DNA of 64,000 nt, from IMG/VR virus record IMGVR_UViG_3300014208_000039, positions 10,827-74,826 of that record, one strand, 5' to 3'. The DNA comes from a virus (lineage: Duplodnaviria > Caudoviricetes). A model generated the notes under the pieces. That model saw nothing but the letters and a program-made list of their open reading frames with translations. It made no database searches and was not told where the DNA came from. Of this stretch, positions 42,866 through 52,835 are shown one piece after another. The translations under genes and the position numbers were made by a program. Positions within the stretch are counted from its first letter, which is position 1. Every line of letters begins with the position of its first letter.

Positions 42866-43483
42866 ATGAATATGAAAATAAATAAATTAAAAAATAGTCC
42901 AAAAATTTTGGGACTTGATGTGAGTACGAAATGTACGGGCTTTGCTTTATTTGATATTAATGGTTCTGAATTATTAGAATTAACTCATTTTTCCCCGAAA
43001 ATAAAACCACAACCTGAAGATAAAATTGAGGAATTATTGAAAAAAGCCGAAGCTTTCCGAAAACATCTTGAAAATTACAAAGATATGGGTATAATAAAAG
43101 TAATTATTGAAGAACCTCTTTTAAATTCCAATAATGCTTACACCATTGGAACATTATTAAGATATAATTCAATAATTCTGAAATGTTGTTATGACGTTTT
43201 AGATGTAGTTCCAACATTTATTTCCACATATAATGCTAGAAGATATGCTTTTCCCGATTTGGTTGGTAAAAATAAAAACGGTAAAGAAGTACTGTTTGGC
43301 GGATATCCAAAGGATATTGATAAAAAACAAGTTATTTGGGATCATGTAAATACCTTATTTCCTGAAATTGATTGGCCTCGTGATAAAACAAAAAAAATTA
43401 AAAAGGAATCATTTGATATGAGTGATAGTGTATGTTGTGTCATTGGTTACATTAATATGACAAAAGTAAACAATATTCTATAA
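42866..43483 (+). CDS. ruvC: Holliday junction resolvase, RuvC-like
   Basis: ILGLDVSTKCTGFAL, VIIEEP, DMSDSVCC acidic RNase H-fold motifs. Confidence 0.75.
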   Translation: MNMKINKLKNSPKILGLDVSTKCTGFALFDINGSELLELTHFSPKIKPQPEDKIEELLKKAEAFRKHLENYKDMGIIKVIIEEPLLNSNNAYTIGTLLRYNSIILKCCYDVLDVVPTFISTYNARRYAFPDLVGKNKNGKEVLFGGYPKDIDKKQVIWDHVNTLFPEIDWPRDKTKKIKKESFDMSDSVCCVIGYINMTKVNNIL

Positions 43484-43555
43484 ATTTTTTTATAACATAG
43501 ATTTTTTTTCGTATATTTTGAATAAATAAGACGATTAGAAATTTTTCTATTTATT

Positions 43556-43595
43556 ATCCCCTAAGATATGGTGTATTCTTAGGGGATTTTTTTTT
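43556..43595 (+). terminator. Rho-independent terminator
   Basis: ATCCCCTAAGA / TCTTAGGGGAT stem followed by a T-run. Confidence 0.65.
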
Positions 43596-43622
43596 ATAAA
43601 AAAAAATCCTTATATTTTTAAT

Positions 43623-44558
43623 ATGAAAGACGAAAGTTATAATGGTATAATTGATATTTTAATTGAAATTTTGGGGGAGCCTAGAGATCATAATGAATAT
43701 AGTGGTCAAATGTCATTCAACTGTCCTGTTTGTTCATATGATATTAAAAGTTTAGATGATGGAGATGGAAAATATAATCTAGAAGTTAATTATAAATTAG
43801 GGGTTCAAAAATGTTGGGTTTGTTGCGATACTCATAATACTCATGGGTCAATTAAGAAGTTAATCAGACAATACGGTAACAAAAAACAATTAAGAAGATA
43901 TGAAATATTAAAGCCAGATGATGATGGTGATAATCCAAAAAAACAATACAAAAGGGTAATGTTACCTAAAGATTATATTCCATTTGAAACTGTGTCTGCC
44001 GGATTAAAAATGACTCCACAATATAGGCAAGCTTGGAATTACATTAGAAAACGAAATATAACTGAAGAACAAATACAAAAATATAAAATAGGTTTCTGTT
44101 ATCAAGGAGAATATGAAAATAGAATCATTATTCCATCATATAATAAAGAAGGTAATTTAAATTATTTCATAGCTAGATCGTATTTGTTATATAGTAAGAT
44201 GAAATATAAAAATCCTGAGGCTGAAAAAGAAATTATCATTTTTAATGAAAATTTAATAGATTGGAATAAACCGATTTATATTGTTGAGGGGGCTTTTGAT
44301 TCCATATTTTTATCAAATTCAATTCCAATGTTAGGTAAGCATATGGGGGATTTTTTGTTCAATTATCTTTATGACCATGCAAAGGAATTAATTATAGTAT
44401 TGGACGGGGACGCCTATGAAAATGCTATTAAGTTATATCATAGGTTAAATTGCGGAAAGTTATTTAACAAAGTATGGATAGTTCAATTAGATGTAGATAA
44501 AGATATTGCGGATTTATGCGGAAATTTAACAAATTATGAAATAAAAAAATTAGATTGA
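43623..44558 (+). CDS. dnaG: DNA primase (Zn finger + TOPRIM)
   Basis: FNCPVC...CWVC zinc finger, RIIIPSY, IVEGAFD, IVLDGDA. Confidence 0.8.
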   Translation: MKDESYNGIIDILIEILGEPRDHNEYSGQMSFNCPVCSYDIKSLDDGDGKYNLEVNYKLGVQKCWVCCDTHNTHGSIKKLIRQYGNKKQLRRYEILKPDDDGDNPKKQYKRVMLPKDYIPFETVSAGLKMTPQYRQAWNYIRKRNITEEQIQKYKIGFCYQGEYENRIIIPSYNKEGNLNYFIARSYLLYSKMKYKNPEAEKEIIIFNENLIDWNKPIYIVEGAFDSIFLSNSIPMLGKHMGDFLFNYLYDHAKELIIVLDGDAYENAIKLYHRLNCGKLFNKVWIVQLDVDKDIADLCGNLTNYEIKKLD

Positions 44559-44559
44559 T

Positions 44560-44910
44560 ATGAGAAATAATGAATTAAATTTATTTTTTAAAACAGTGTC
44601 TTTTATACAAGATAAAGATGGGTTCTTTGTCGGACATGGGCAAAATAATATGAAAGGAACGGATTTTAAAATAGCAATATTTGATCAAAAAATTGCTTGT
44701 TTTCAAAATAATGAAATTCTATTTCAAATTCCACTTTGGTTTGATTTAGGAACATTTTTAGTTTTAGCACAAGATGTTGGAATTATAAATGAAATGTTTA
44801 TATATAAATCAGTTGAAGATATCAAAGATATATATCTTGAATCTGAAGAAGAATCTTTCTTTGATATTGATGAAATACTTGAAGAAAGAAAAAAGAAAAA
44901 AATAAAATAA
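44560..44910 (+). CDS. Hypothetical protein
   Basis: 116-aa ORF coupled to primase. Confidence 0.55.
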   Translation: MRNNELNLFFKTVSFIQDKDGFFVGHGQNNMKGTDFKIAIFDQKIACFQNNEILFQIPLWFDLGTFLVLAQDVGIINEMFIYKSVEDIKDIYLESEEESFFDIDEILEERKKKKIK

Positions 44911-44912
44911 TT

Positions 44913-45776
44913 ATGAATATAGATTTAAAAGAAGTTTCTAAAGAAATTAATGATTTACTAGAACAAAGAAGAAAAGAATTAAGATTAAGTTTCGTTGAGG
45001 CTAAGCACATTTATTATATGCTTGACCCTAAGACCAACAAAATAAGGTCAAACTATCCGTCCGTATCTAAAGTTATGAAGAAATTTTTCGAGCCGTTTGA
45101 CGCCGAAGGTATTTCTTTAAGAATGGCTAAGGGTGACCGGGCACAACAAAAATTAATTTTGGAAGAATGGAGACAAGCAGGGGATTATTCAACAAATATG
45201 GGTAGTCGGGTTCACTATGAATTAGAAGTTGATTTAATTGCAAGAAACGGTGATTATAAGAAGGTAAGACAACCTATTTACACTATCAATGAAGAACAGA
45301 CAATTAAAAGTGATAAGATGATAATTGCAGGAAAAGAATATCTCGATTTAATGGAAGAAAGAGGTGCTGTTCTTATTGATACAGAAATAGTTCTTGGTGA
45401 TCCGAAATTAGGGTATACAGGTCAGCCAGATAAGGGTTGGTTGATGTTTAATAAATTAAAAACAGATTTTGGATTAGTAATTTCCGACTGGAAAAGTAAT
45501 CAACCAAAAAATTTTGAAATTAATACATTCACCAAAGGAATGTATCCACCATTTCAGCAACATCCAAATAATGCATTGGGTCACTACTACCTTCAAATAC
45601 CTTTATATGCAAGGTTATTAAAGGAAATGTTAAAGGGAAGTAAATATGCCAACCTTAATTTTTTAGGTGGCGTAATCGTATTGTTAAAAGAAGACGAAAC
45701 ATTTGTTGAATATAAAGTTCCAAATGATGTTAACAACGCATTAATGACGATGGATTTATCAAATTACGTTAAATAA
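44913..45776 (+). CDS. PD-(D/E)XK (Cas4/RecB-like) exonuclease
   Basis: YPSVS, GSRVH, DTE, TGQPDKG, SDWKS, YYLQIPLY. Confidence 0.7.
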   Translation: MNIDLKEVSKEINDLLEQRRKELRLSFVEAKHIYYMLDPKTNKIRSNYPSVSKVMKKFFEPFDAEGISLRMAKGDRAQQKLILEEWRQAGDYSTNMGSRVHYELEVDLIARNGDYKKVRQPIYTINEEQTIKSDKMIIAGKEYLDLMEERGAVLIDTEIVLGDPKLGYTGQPDKGWLMFNKLKTDFGLVISDWKSNQPKNFEINTFTKGMYPPFQQHPNNALGHYYLQIPLYARLLKEMLKGSKYANLNFLGGVIVLLKEDETFVEYKVPNDVNNALMTMDLSNYVK

Positions 45777-46186
45777 TGAACTGTTTAAACGATGTTAAAA
45801 AGATAATTGATTCTTACAATTTAGAGCCAATTAAATTACCTGAAGGGTTTAAAAATATATATCAGTTAATTGACCACGTTCCTGAAATAAAGGAAAACTT
45901 TAAATCTGAAAAGGATGATATGTTCTTAATAAATAAATACAGAGAATATATATCCAAAGGACATTACGGATTTTCAATTGGAACGCCAACCAATCCAAAA
46001 TGGAATGACCTTATTGATAAAATTTTGGAATATTTTATATCAATAGACCCCACTTTCGAAATACAACAAATAAAAATCAAATTCGGATTTATGTGTTTTT
46101 ATGTTACCTCTAACGTCATTGAGGATATCCAAGATATAGAAGTTTTAATTATGAGAACGTTATCCGATAAATCATTAATTTATTAG
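45776..46186 (+). CDS. Hypothetical phage protein (QxKxKFG motif)
   Basis: 136-aa ORF, IQQIKIKFGFMCFYV. Confidence 0.55.
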   Translation: MNCLNDVKKIIDSYNLEPIKLPEGFKNIYQLIDHVPEIKENFKSEKDDMFLINKYREYISKGHYGFSIGTPTNPKWNDLIDKILEYFISIDPTFEIQQIKIKFGFMCFYVTSNVIEDIQDIEVLIMRTLSDKSLIY

Positions 46187-46190
46187 TACA

Positions 46191-46367
46191 ATGGAAAAAA
46201 ATTGTAATAAATGCTTTATTAAAAGAGAAATTGACGAATTTGATAAAAGAAAGGATAGTAAAGATGGATATAGGAACGAATGTAAAGTTTGTAGAAGAAA
46301 AATAAAAAACAATTATACTGATAGAAATAAAGATAATATTTTAAAAAGTGCAATAAAATATGATTAA
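46191..46367 (+). CDS. 58-aa Zn-binding peptide (CxxC...CxxC), resembling the N-terminal domain of homing/EndoVII-type nucleases
   Basis: Not in the ORF track; MEKNCNKCFIKREIDEFDKRKDSKDGYRNECKVCRRK... Confidence 0.5.
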   Translation: MEKNCNKCFIKREIDEFDKRKDSKDGYRNECKVCRRKIKNNYTDRNKDNILKSAIKYD

Positions 46368-47163
46368 AAAAATTATTCATTTAAGTGACATTCATGTAAG
46401 AACGTTCCAATTACATGATTTATATAAAAACCAATTTCAAATATTTTTAAATGAAATAAGATTTGTAACTAAAGATTTATCAATAGATGAACTCAGAATA
46501 GTTATTACTGGAGACCTTGTTCATAATAAAATTAATATATCTAACGAACAGATGTTGTTGATCGCTTGGTTTCTGACAGAACTATCAAAAATTGGAATAG
46601 TTGTTATAATTCCCGGAAATCACGATTTTTTGGAAAATAATCCCGAAAGGATGGATAGTATTACCCCAATTATTGAAATGTTAAATAACTCAAATATTAA
46701 GTTTTATAAAGATTGGGGTGTATATCCTGATGAAAATATAAAATGGGTTGTTTATTCGTTATATCAGCACAATCAAAGGCCAACATTCAATAATACCGAT
46801 GATAGTCTTTATATTGGGTTATTTCATGGACAAGTTCAGGGAGTATCGACTGACTTGGGGTTTACTTTTGATGATGGTTACGATAGATTAAATTTTCTAA
46901 ATTTAGATATTTTACTATGTGGAGATATTCATAAGAGACAATCGTTTGATATTCAAGGGACTCCAAAGGGTTTTATGGTAGGAAGTTTTATACAGCAAGA
47001 TCATGGTGAAACAATTAAACATCATGGATATGGTGTATATGATGTTGAATCAAATAAATACACGTTCCATGATCTACCGAATGATCAACCATTTTTACAT
47101 TTCCTAATAACAGACATTAAAGATTTGGACAATGGAAAAGAAATTCTCGTTAATCTTGGATAA
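46360..47163 (+). CDS. sbcD: Metallophosphoesterase, SbcD/Mre11/gp47-like nuclease domain
   Basis: HLSDIH, TGDLVH, PGNHD, LFHG, GDIHKRQ. Confidence 0.75.
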   Translation: MIKKIIHLSDIHVRTFQLHDLYKNQFQIFLNEIRFVTKDLSIDELRIVITGDLVHNKINISNEQMLLIAWFLTELSKIGIVVIIPGNHDFLENNPERMDSITPIIEMLNNSNIKFYKDWGVYPDENIKWVVYSLYQHNQRPTFNNTDDSLYIGLFHGQVQGVSTDLGFTFDDGYDRLNFLNLDILLCGDIHKRQSFDIQGTPKGFMVGSFIQQDHGETIKHHGYGVYDVESNKYTFHDLPNDQPFLHFLITDIKDLDNGKEILVNLG

Positions 47164-47383
47164 AGATTTTGTTGATTATTGTACATTAAATAAAATAGAA
47201 GATATTGAAAAATATGCAAAGGATGTTTTCAATAGAGGGTTTAATTTGGTAAAATATGGTAATAGTCCGTTTGGTTCTTTTACTGCGACTCCAACATCTA
47301 CGCCATTACCAAAAGAAAAAATAACTGAGGTGATAGAAAAAACTAATGAAAAGATAAAAAACAATAATTTATATGACGAATAA
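47132..47383 (+). CDS. Hypothetical protein
   Basis: 83-aa ORF overlapping the upstream stop. Confidence 0.5.
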   Translation: MEKKFSLILDKDFVDYCTLNKIEDIEKYAKDVFNRGFNLVKYGNSPFGSFTATPTSTPLPKEKITEVIEKTNEKIKNNNLYDE

Positions 47384-47408
47384 ATTTCGTAATTTATCTT
47401 TTTTTACA

Positions 47409-47416
47409 TATATTTG
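47409..47416 (+). promoter_or_regulatory. Bacteroidota-type -7 promoter element (TAnnTTTG)
   Basis: TATATTTG 17 nt upstream of ATG 47434. Confidence 0.5.
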
Positions 47417-47433
47417 GATAAAATAAAAACATT

Positions 47434-47745
47434 ATGAGTTTGTTAATTTTTTGGTCATTTATTGCGTATGGAATGATGACAATTATTGTTTACGGGTCAA
47501 TATTTGAAAAATCGAGGGAGTGGATAAAAAGTCATTCACATTTTTTCGGTGAGCTAGTTAGTTGTCCGTTATGCACTAGTACTTGGATAGGATTTATTAT
47601 GTCATTGACATTAGGAAGTATATCGTCAGTATATTTTAGTACCTTTTACCCAATTAATGTATTTGTGGATGGAATGTTCACCGCAGGAGCCGTATGGGCT
47701 ATAAACTCTATAATCGAGTTCTTCGAGGAGAGTAGGATAAAATAA
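47434..47745 (+). CDS. DUF1360-like membrane protein
   Basis: GELVSCPLCTSTWIG CxxC motif with three hydrophobic segments. Confidence 0.6.
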   Translation: MSLLIFWSFIAYGMMTIIVYGSIFEKSREWIKSHSHFFGELVSCPLCTSTWIGFIMSLTLGSISSVYFSTFYPINVFVDGMFTAGAVWAINSIIEFFEESRIK

Positions 47746-47750
47746 TTAAA

Positions 47751-48422
47751 ATGTCATTCAAATTTATTAGAATTGAAAATGGTGAAGTAAAAAGTGTTTA
47801 TGATGATGCGTTAATGAGAAGTATAGGTATTACTGTATTTGAACAAGCATTCGATTTGAAATTTAAAAATGGTACTGAAACAGGTATCGATTTAGTATTA
47901 ATTGACGACCCTTCAATTGGTGCTGAAGGAGAAGATGGAAGTTGGGACGGAGATAGATGGGTCGGAGGACAAAAAGACATTTTTAGTTTAGGCGTGGGAA
48001 CTTTAAACATCCAAGACAGAAAATGGCATTTTTGGAATTTACAGGAATTATCTGAAAAACCTGGAGCTAAAAGATATTGGGGTAAAAAAACAATTGGATG
48101 GGAAAAAAATTTTTATTTTCGTTTGAATAGACAAGGTGATCAGATGTGTATTGTTGATGCTGAAACTATTTTAGATGACAAAAAAAGATTATTTGCTTTA
48201 AATAGAAAAGTTAGCAATAATGACGAAGCCGAAGATTGGATATGTATTCCTGAAAAATATGTATTTACCTTTAATTTACAACCGTCAGGTATTTGGGAAT
48301 TAAATGGTAAATATTGGGGCCCCGATCAGATAGAATGTAGAAGAATTCGTTTTGAAATTGATAAACAGAAAAAAGAATATCAAAAGAAAAGATTACAAGA
48401 GTTAGCATCAGGACTAACTTAA
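47751..48422 (+). CDS. Hypothetical protein
   Basis: 223-aa Trp-rich ORF. Confidence 0.6.
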   Translation: MSFKFIRIENGEVKSVYDDALMRSIGITVFEQAFDLKFKNGTETGIDLVLIDDPSIGAEGEDGSWDGDRWVGGQKDIFSLGVGTLNIQDRKWHFWNLQELSEKPGAKRYWGKKTIGWEKNFYFRLNRQGDQMCIVDAETILDDKKRLFALNRKVSNNDEAEDWICIPEKYVFTFNLQPSGIWELNGKYWGPDQIECRRIRFEIDKQKKEYQKKRLQELASGLT

Positions 48423-48467
48423 AAAAAAAAGGAACAAGTACATCAAAAGTTAAAGGAAATATTTAAT

Positions 48468-50810
48468 ATGACATACAATAACCCGATTATTAAGGTGACA
48501 TGGGAAGACGTACCGCAGAATTTTACTAAAGAAAGAATAAGAAGTGTTAGAACTTACTTTCAAAACAAGTATAATAGTAAGAATATCAAAATTATAACAA
48601 AATCATTGATTAGTACTAATTCCACGACGCTTAAATCATTAGAAGTTTCGGAAAGCATTACCGATTATCAATATCAGAAAAAGTTATTAAAAGAGTTCAT
48701 TAAACAAAACGAACTTGAACTTGACATGGGTAAAATTGATAGGTTGGATAATAAAGTTAATGAAGAAATTGACAAAGTAAACACAAACAAAGTCAAATAC
48801 AATAAGTGGTTCATCAAGAAAATAGAATTTTCAAATTTTCTTTCCTTTGGTCAGAACAATGTTATTGATTTTGAAGATTTAGACGGTATTACAGTTATCG
48901 AATCAACACCTAAGAATTTCGGGGGTAAGAGTACAGTTTCAATCGACCTTCTGTTATTTTTATTTTTCGGTACAACCACAAAAACTAAACTTAACATTGA
49001 TATCTTCAACAAATTTACTGAAGAAGATACGGTTTACGTAAAAGGAGAAATTGTTATTGATGGGGATGATTATATTATTGAACGTAGTGCCACAAGAAAA
49101 TTAAATAAAAGTGGCGAATATAAAGTAACCAATGTTTTGAATTATAGAATGAAAGTTGAAGATCCTGAAAAGGGAAACCAAAATGGGGAACAAAAACGTG
49201 ATACCGAAAAGTTCATCATGTCAGCCATAGGATCTGAAGAAGATTTCTTAGCAACAATTCTTTCGACTGGTAATAATTTAGAAGAATTGATAGAATCTAA
49301 ACCAACGGCAAGGGGACAAACCCTTACTAAATTTTTAGGACTTGAAAATTTGAAGGTTAAAGAAGAAATTGCAAAGAGTATGTACCTTAATTGGAGTAAA
49401 ACTCTTGTTAGTAACACATATAATAAAGTACAATTAAATATCGACAATGAAACATACACTTTATCCATCCAAACGTCTGATGAGGAAATAGTACGTTTAA
49501 AAAATGAATTAGAAAATTCTGAAAAAGAAGTTAAACATCTTGGAGAAGAAAGGGATGAATTAAATCGTTTAAAAAGTAATGATGTTGATATGGATTTGGT
49601 TAAGACAAATCCAGAAACATTAAGAAGGGAAGTTGCCGAGTTAAAATTAAGACAGATGACTTCGAAAAATTTGTTTGAAAATACTAATGTGACTGAGCCT
49701 TCAAAATATTATGTTGAAGAAGAACATAATGTGTTAAAAAATCAAATCAATGATTTAGTTGTTGATGGAAAAATGATTGATAGCCAAATAATAAGTCAAG
49801 AAAAATTGGTGAAGCAATTAGAAACAGGATCAATTTGTCCAACATGTAAAAGGTCGTTAGAAGATGTTGACCATACTGAAGAAATTAATAAATTGAAAAA
49901 TGATATTGATTATAAAGGTAAGGAAAAATTAGATATTTTGGCTAAAATAGAGGAATTCAAAGAAAAGGAAAAGAAATTTATTGAAATCAAAAAAGAATAC
50001 GATACCTATGAGAACAACAAATTGATTAAAGCTAAATATGAATTGGATGTTGAGCAAAAACAATTACAAATTGTCTCTAAGGAATTGAAATTAACACAAT
50101 ACGATTCAAATAAGAGGAAATTAGAAGAAAACACACAAATTGATTCGAAATTATCTGTTTTAAAGACCAAAATTGACACTTTAAACGGTTTTATTCGTCA
50201 AACTGATACCAACATCAATAAACACGTCAACAACATTACAAACTCGAAGGAAAAGATAAATTCTAATAAAGAATTGATTAAGAAAATTGAATCAGAAGAA
50301 GAATATGCAAACATTTTCAAAATTTATCTAAATATTTTTGGTAAAAATGGTATTTCTAAAATAATAATGAAAGATATGATTCCGTTATTAAATCAAGAAT
50401 TGTATCGTTTGTTAGTGGATAGTTGTCATTTTATATTAGAGTTAAATGTAAATGAAAAAAATGAAGTTGAATTTATTATGATTGATACCGAAACTAGGGT
50501 TACTAAATCGTTGGAATCCGGTTCAGGTTACGAAAAGACAATTTCTTCATTAGCTTTAAGAAGTGTATTAACTAAAATTTCATCATTACCTAAACCAAAC
50601 GTGGTTGTAATGGATGAAGTTTTCGGTAAAATTGCTGATGAAAACCTTGAAATGGTTGGGGAATTCTTTAAAAAGATAAAAAATTATTTTGACCACATTT
50701 TAGTAATTTCTCATAACCCATTGATTAGGAACTGGTCTGACAATATTATTATGTTGAAGAAAGAAAATAATGTATCTTCCATTGATTTTATTACCACAAA
50801 AATTTCGTAA
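48468..50810 (+). CDS. sbcC: SbcC/Rad50/gp46-like SMC ATPase with N-terminal extension
   Basis: IEFSNFLSFG, Walker A NFGGKST, zinc hook CPTC, signature SGSGYE, Walker B VVMDEVFG, VISH. Confidence 0.85.
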   Translation: MTYNNPIIKVTWEDVPQNFTKERIRSVRTYFQNKYNSKNIKIITKSLISTNSTTLKSLEVSESITDYQYQKKLLKEFIKQNELELDMGKIDRLDNKVNEEIDKVNTNKVKYNKWFIKKIEFSNFLSFGQNNVIDFEDLDGITVIESTPKNFGGKSTVSIDLLLFLFFGTTTKTKLNIDIFNKFTEEDTVYVKGEIVIDGDDYIIERSATRKLNKSGEYKVTNVLNYRMKVEDPEKGNQNGEQKRDTEKFIMSAIGSEEDFLATILSTGNNLEELIESKPTARGQTLTKFLGLENLKVKEEIAKSMYLNWSKTLVSNTYNKVQLNIDNETYTLSIQTSDEEIVRLKNELENSEKEVKHLGEERDELNRLKSNDVDMDLVKTNPETLRREVAELKLRQMTSKNLFENTNVTEPSKYYVEEEHNVLKNQINDLVVDGKMIDSQIISQEKLVKQLETGSICPTCKRSLEDVDHTEEINKLKNDIDYKGKEKLDILAKIEEFKEKEKKFIEIKKEYDTYENNKLIKAKYELDVEQKQLQIVSKELKLTQYDSNKRKLEENTQIDSKLSVLKTKIDTLNGFIRQTDTNINKHVNNITNSKEKINSNKELIKKIESEEEYANIFKIYLNIFGKNGISKIIMKDMIPLLNQELYRLLVDSCHFILELNVNEKNEVEFIMIDTETRVTKSLESGSGYEKTISSLALRSVLTKISSLPKPNVVVMDEVFGKIADENLEMVGEFFKKIKNYFDHILVISHNPLIRNWSDNIIMLKKENNVSSIDFITTKIS

Positions 50811-50825
50811 TTCGAAAAAAAGCAT

Positions 50826-50833
50826 TATCTTTG
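50826..50833 (+). promoter_or_regulatory. Bacteroidota-type -7 promoter element (TATCTTTG)
   Basis: Canonical TAnnTTTG 24 nt upstream of ATG 50858. Confidence 0.6.
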
Positions 50834-50857
50834 TCTTATAATTTAAAAAAGAAATTT

Positions 50858-51532
50858 ATGAACGAAATTAAAGATTTTAGTTTATATGCCAAAGATAGGG
50901 GCATAAGTAGTTTAAATTTACATCGTTACAACAAAGGGCTTGAATCAAGTTTGACTCCTTACATCCTTGAAGAACGACAAATGAACGTTGCCCAAATGGA
51001 CGTTTTTTCTCGTTTAATGATGGAACGGATTATTTGGGTAGCCGGTGTGGTTAACGATTACATGTCAACAATCGTACAGGCACAACTTATGTTTTTGGAC
51101 AGTGTCGATAGTAATGACATTACGATGCACATCGACAGTCCCGGTGGTAGTGTTAAATCAGGGTTATCAATGGTAGATGTTATGGATTACATTCATTCCG
51201 ACATCAGGACTATCAACACAGGAATGGCCGCTTCAATGGGTTCAATATTACTTGGAGCAGGAACAAAAGGAAAACGAAGTTCTTTACGTTTTTCAAAAAC
51301 CATGTTACATCAATCAAGTGGAGGTTTCGAAGGAAATATTCAGGATGCGACTATTTCTATGGCCGAATGGAATAAAACCAATGATCTTCTTTTCGAATTG
51401 TTGGGTGGATATTGTGGAAAAACAGCCGAACAAGTTAAACAAGACGCTCAAAGGGATTTTTGGTTGAGCGCACAGGAAGCTGTTAATTATGGTATCATTG
51501 ACGAAGTTGTAGTTAAAAAGTCACTATTATAA
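50858..51532 (+). CDS. clpP: ATP-dependent Clp protease proteolytic subunit
   Basis: MDVFSRLMMERII, IDSPGGSV, catalytic Ser GMAASMGS, His MLHQ, RDFWLSAQEAVNYGIID. Start taken at ATG 50858. Confidence 0.92.
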   Translation: MNEIKDFSLYAKDRGISSLNLHRYNKGLESSLTPYILEERQMNVAQMDVFSRLMMERIIWVAGVVNDYMSTIVQAQLMFLDSVDSNDITMHIDSPGGSVKSGLSMVDVMDYIHSDIRTINTGMAASMGSILLGAGTKGKRSSLRFSKTMLHQSSGGFEGNIQDATISMAEWNKTNDLLFELLGGYCGKTAEQVKQDAQRDFWLSAQEAVNYGIIDEVVVKKSLL

Positions 51533-51556
51533 AAAAAGGGTACGCCCCTTTTTTTT
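51531..51556. terminator. Terminator hairpin
   Basis: AAAAAAAGGG tacgc CCCTTTTTTTT. Confidence 0.6.
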
Positions 51557-51599
51557 ATCGTTTTTTTTCGTTATATTTATATACTTATATATAATAACG

Positions 51600-52343
51600 A
51601 TGAAAAACATTAATTACAAAGTAGCAATTCCATATGTCTTAGTAGTACTTTTAATAGCCGTAGGAGCATATTATTTTCACAGAGTAAACAAGTTAGAAAT
51701 TAGTTTACAGTCTGAAACTAATCTAAGATTAGCATTAGTTGACACAGTTGGTTATTATAGAAACCAAAGGAATGAATTGGTCGCCGAAAAGCGTACCTTA
51801 CAGTTCAAACTTAACGATAAAGAGTTTGAAAACAAAGATTTAGTTAAACGAATTAAAGAAACTGAGAAAAAGAACGCAACGTTAGAAAAAAAGGTAACTG
51901 TATTTGCTGCTGCGTTAATTGAATCACAAGTAACAATCGATTCTTTACAAAAAAGCAAAGTGTTTGTATCCGAAAGGGATTCAAGTGTGTTATTCACATT
52001 TAAAAGTCTGGATTTAGAATACACATTCAAAGTTAAACCTGTCTACACATTTCCAAAGCAACCGCCACTATTAACGTTCGTTGATTTCAAAATTCCAAAT
52101 AAACAGTACATTGAATTTCATTGGAGGAATAATCCGAAGGAAGGGTATCCTATTAGTTTTAGTGTAACTAATACGAATCCTTACTTTAAGACAGTTAATA
52201 TTGAAAGTTATGCTATTCCTGAAATTTATAAACCAGACATTAAACCTACTTTCTGGAAGAAGGTCGGTAATGGTATAAAATCAGGTAGTAAGAACTTAAT
52301 ATATGTTGGTGTAGGAGCGGCGTTGGTATTATTATTGAAATAA
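51600..52343 (+). CDS. Membrane-anchored coiled-coil protein, spanin-like candidate
   Basis: N-terminal TM helix, coiled coil, C-terminal hydrophobic tail; preceded by TATTTATA 51574-51581. Confidence 0.4.
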   Translation: MKNINYKVAIPYVLVVLLIAVGAYYFHRVNKLEISLQSETNLRLALVDTVGYYRNQRNELVAEKRTLQFKLNDKEFENKDLVKRIKETEKKNATLEKKVTVFAAALIESQVTIDSLQKSKVFVSERDSSVLFTFKSLDLEYTFKVKPVYTFPKQPPLLTFVDFKIPNKQYIEFHWRNNPKEGYPISFSVTNTNPYFKTVNIESYAIPEIYKPDIKPTFWKKVGNGIKSGSKNLIYVGVGAALVLLLK

Positions 52344-52786
52344 TGGAAACTTACATATTATTTTTTAGTGGTAATTTTAAAACCAGAAAGGATTTAGAAT
52401 TATTTACCGCTGGATCGTTTATTACAATGCCCAGTATTTTTTCTATAAAGTTTATCATTGAGAAGAGTGAATCAATTATAGTTATTTTCAATTCTGAATT
52501 AGATACGGAACAATTAAAAGATAATCTACGTGTATTTCTTGAAAATGAGACAATAAAATTTTATTTTTTATTTAACCTAAAATCTATTATAGATCAAAAA
52601 TTACCGGAAGAAATAATGAATATGATATATAATGAAACCCCAAAAGATTCTGTTTTCTTTATTGAAGTTTTTAATAAGGATATATCCGATTTTGACATTG
52701 ATGAAATTCTTGAAAAAATTGAAAAAAATGGTATTGAAAGTTTAAGTAAGGCAGAAAAATATTTCCTTGATCACTTTAAAAAGTGA
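52343..52786 (+). CDS. Hypothetical protein with DUF6576-like C-terminus
   Basis: IDEILEKIEKNGIESLSKAEKYFLD. Confidence 0.55.
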   Translation: METYILFFSGNFKTRKDLELFTAGSFITMPSIFSIKFIIEKSESIIVIFNSELDTEQLKDNLRVFLENETIKFYFLFNLKSIIDQKLPEEIMNMIYNETPKDSVFFIEVFNKDISDFDIDEILEKIEKNGIESLSKAEKYFLDHFKK

Positions 52787-52835
52787 AGAAAAATGCGTAT
52801 ATTATACAGTTTATCAAATAAAAAATAACATTCAT

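Noticed and set aside
44913-45776. Cas4 of a CRISPR system
   Set aside because: No Fe-S Cys cluster pattern and no cas context; a generic phage PD-(D/E)XK nuclease.
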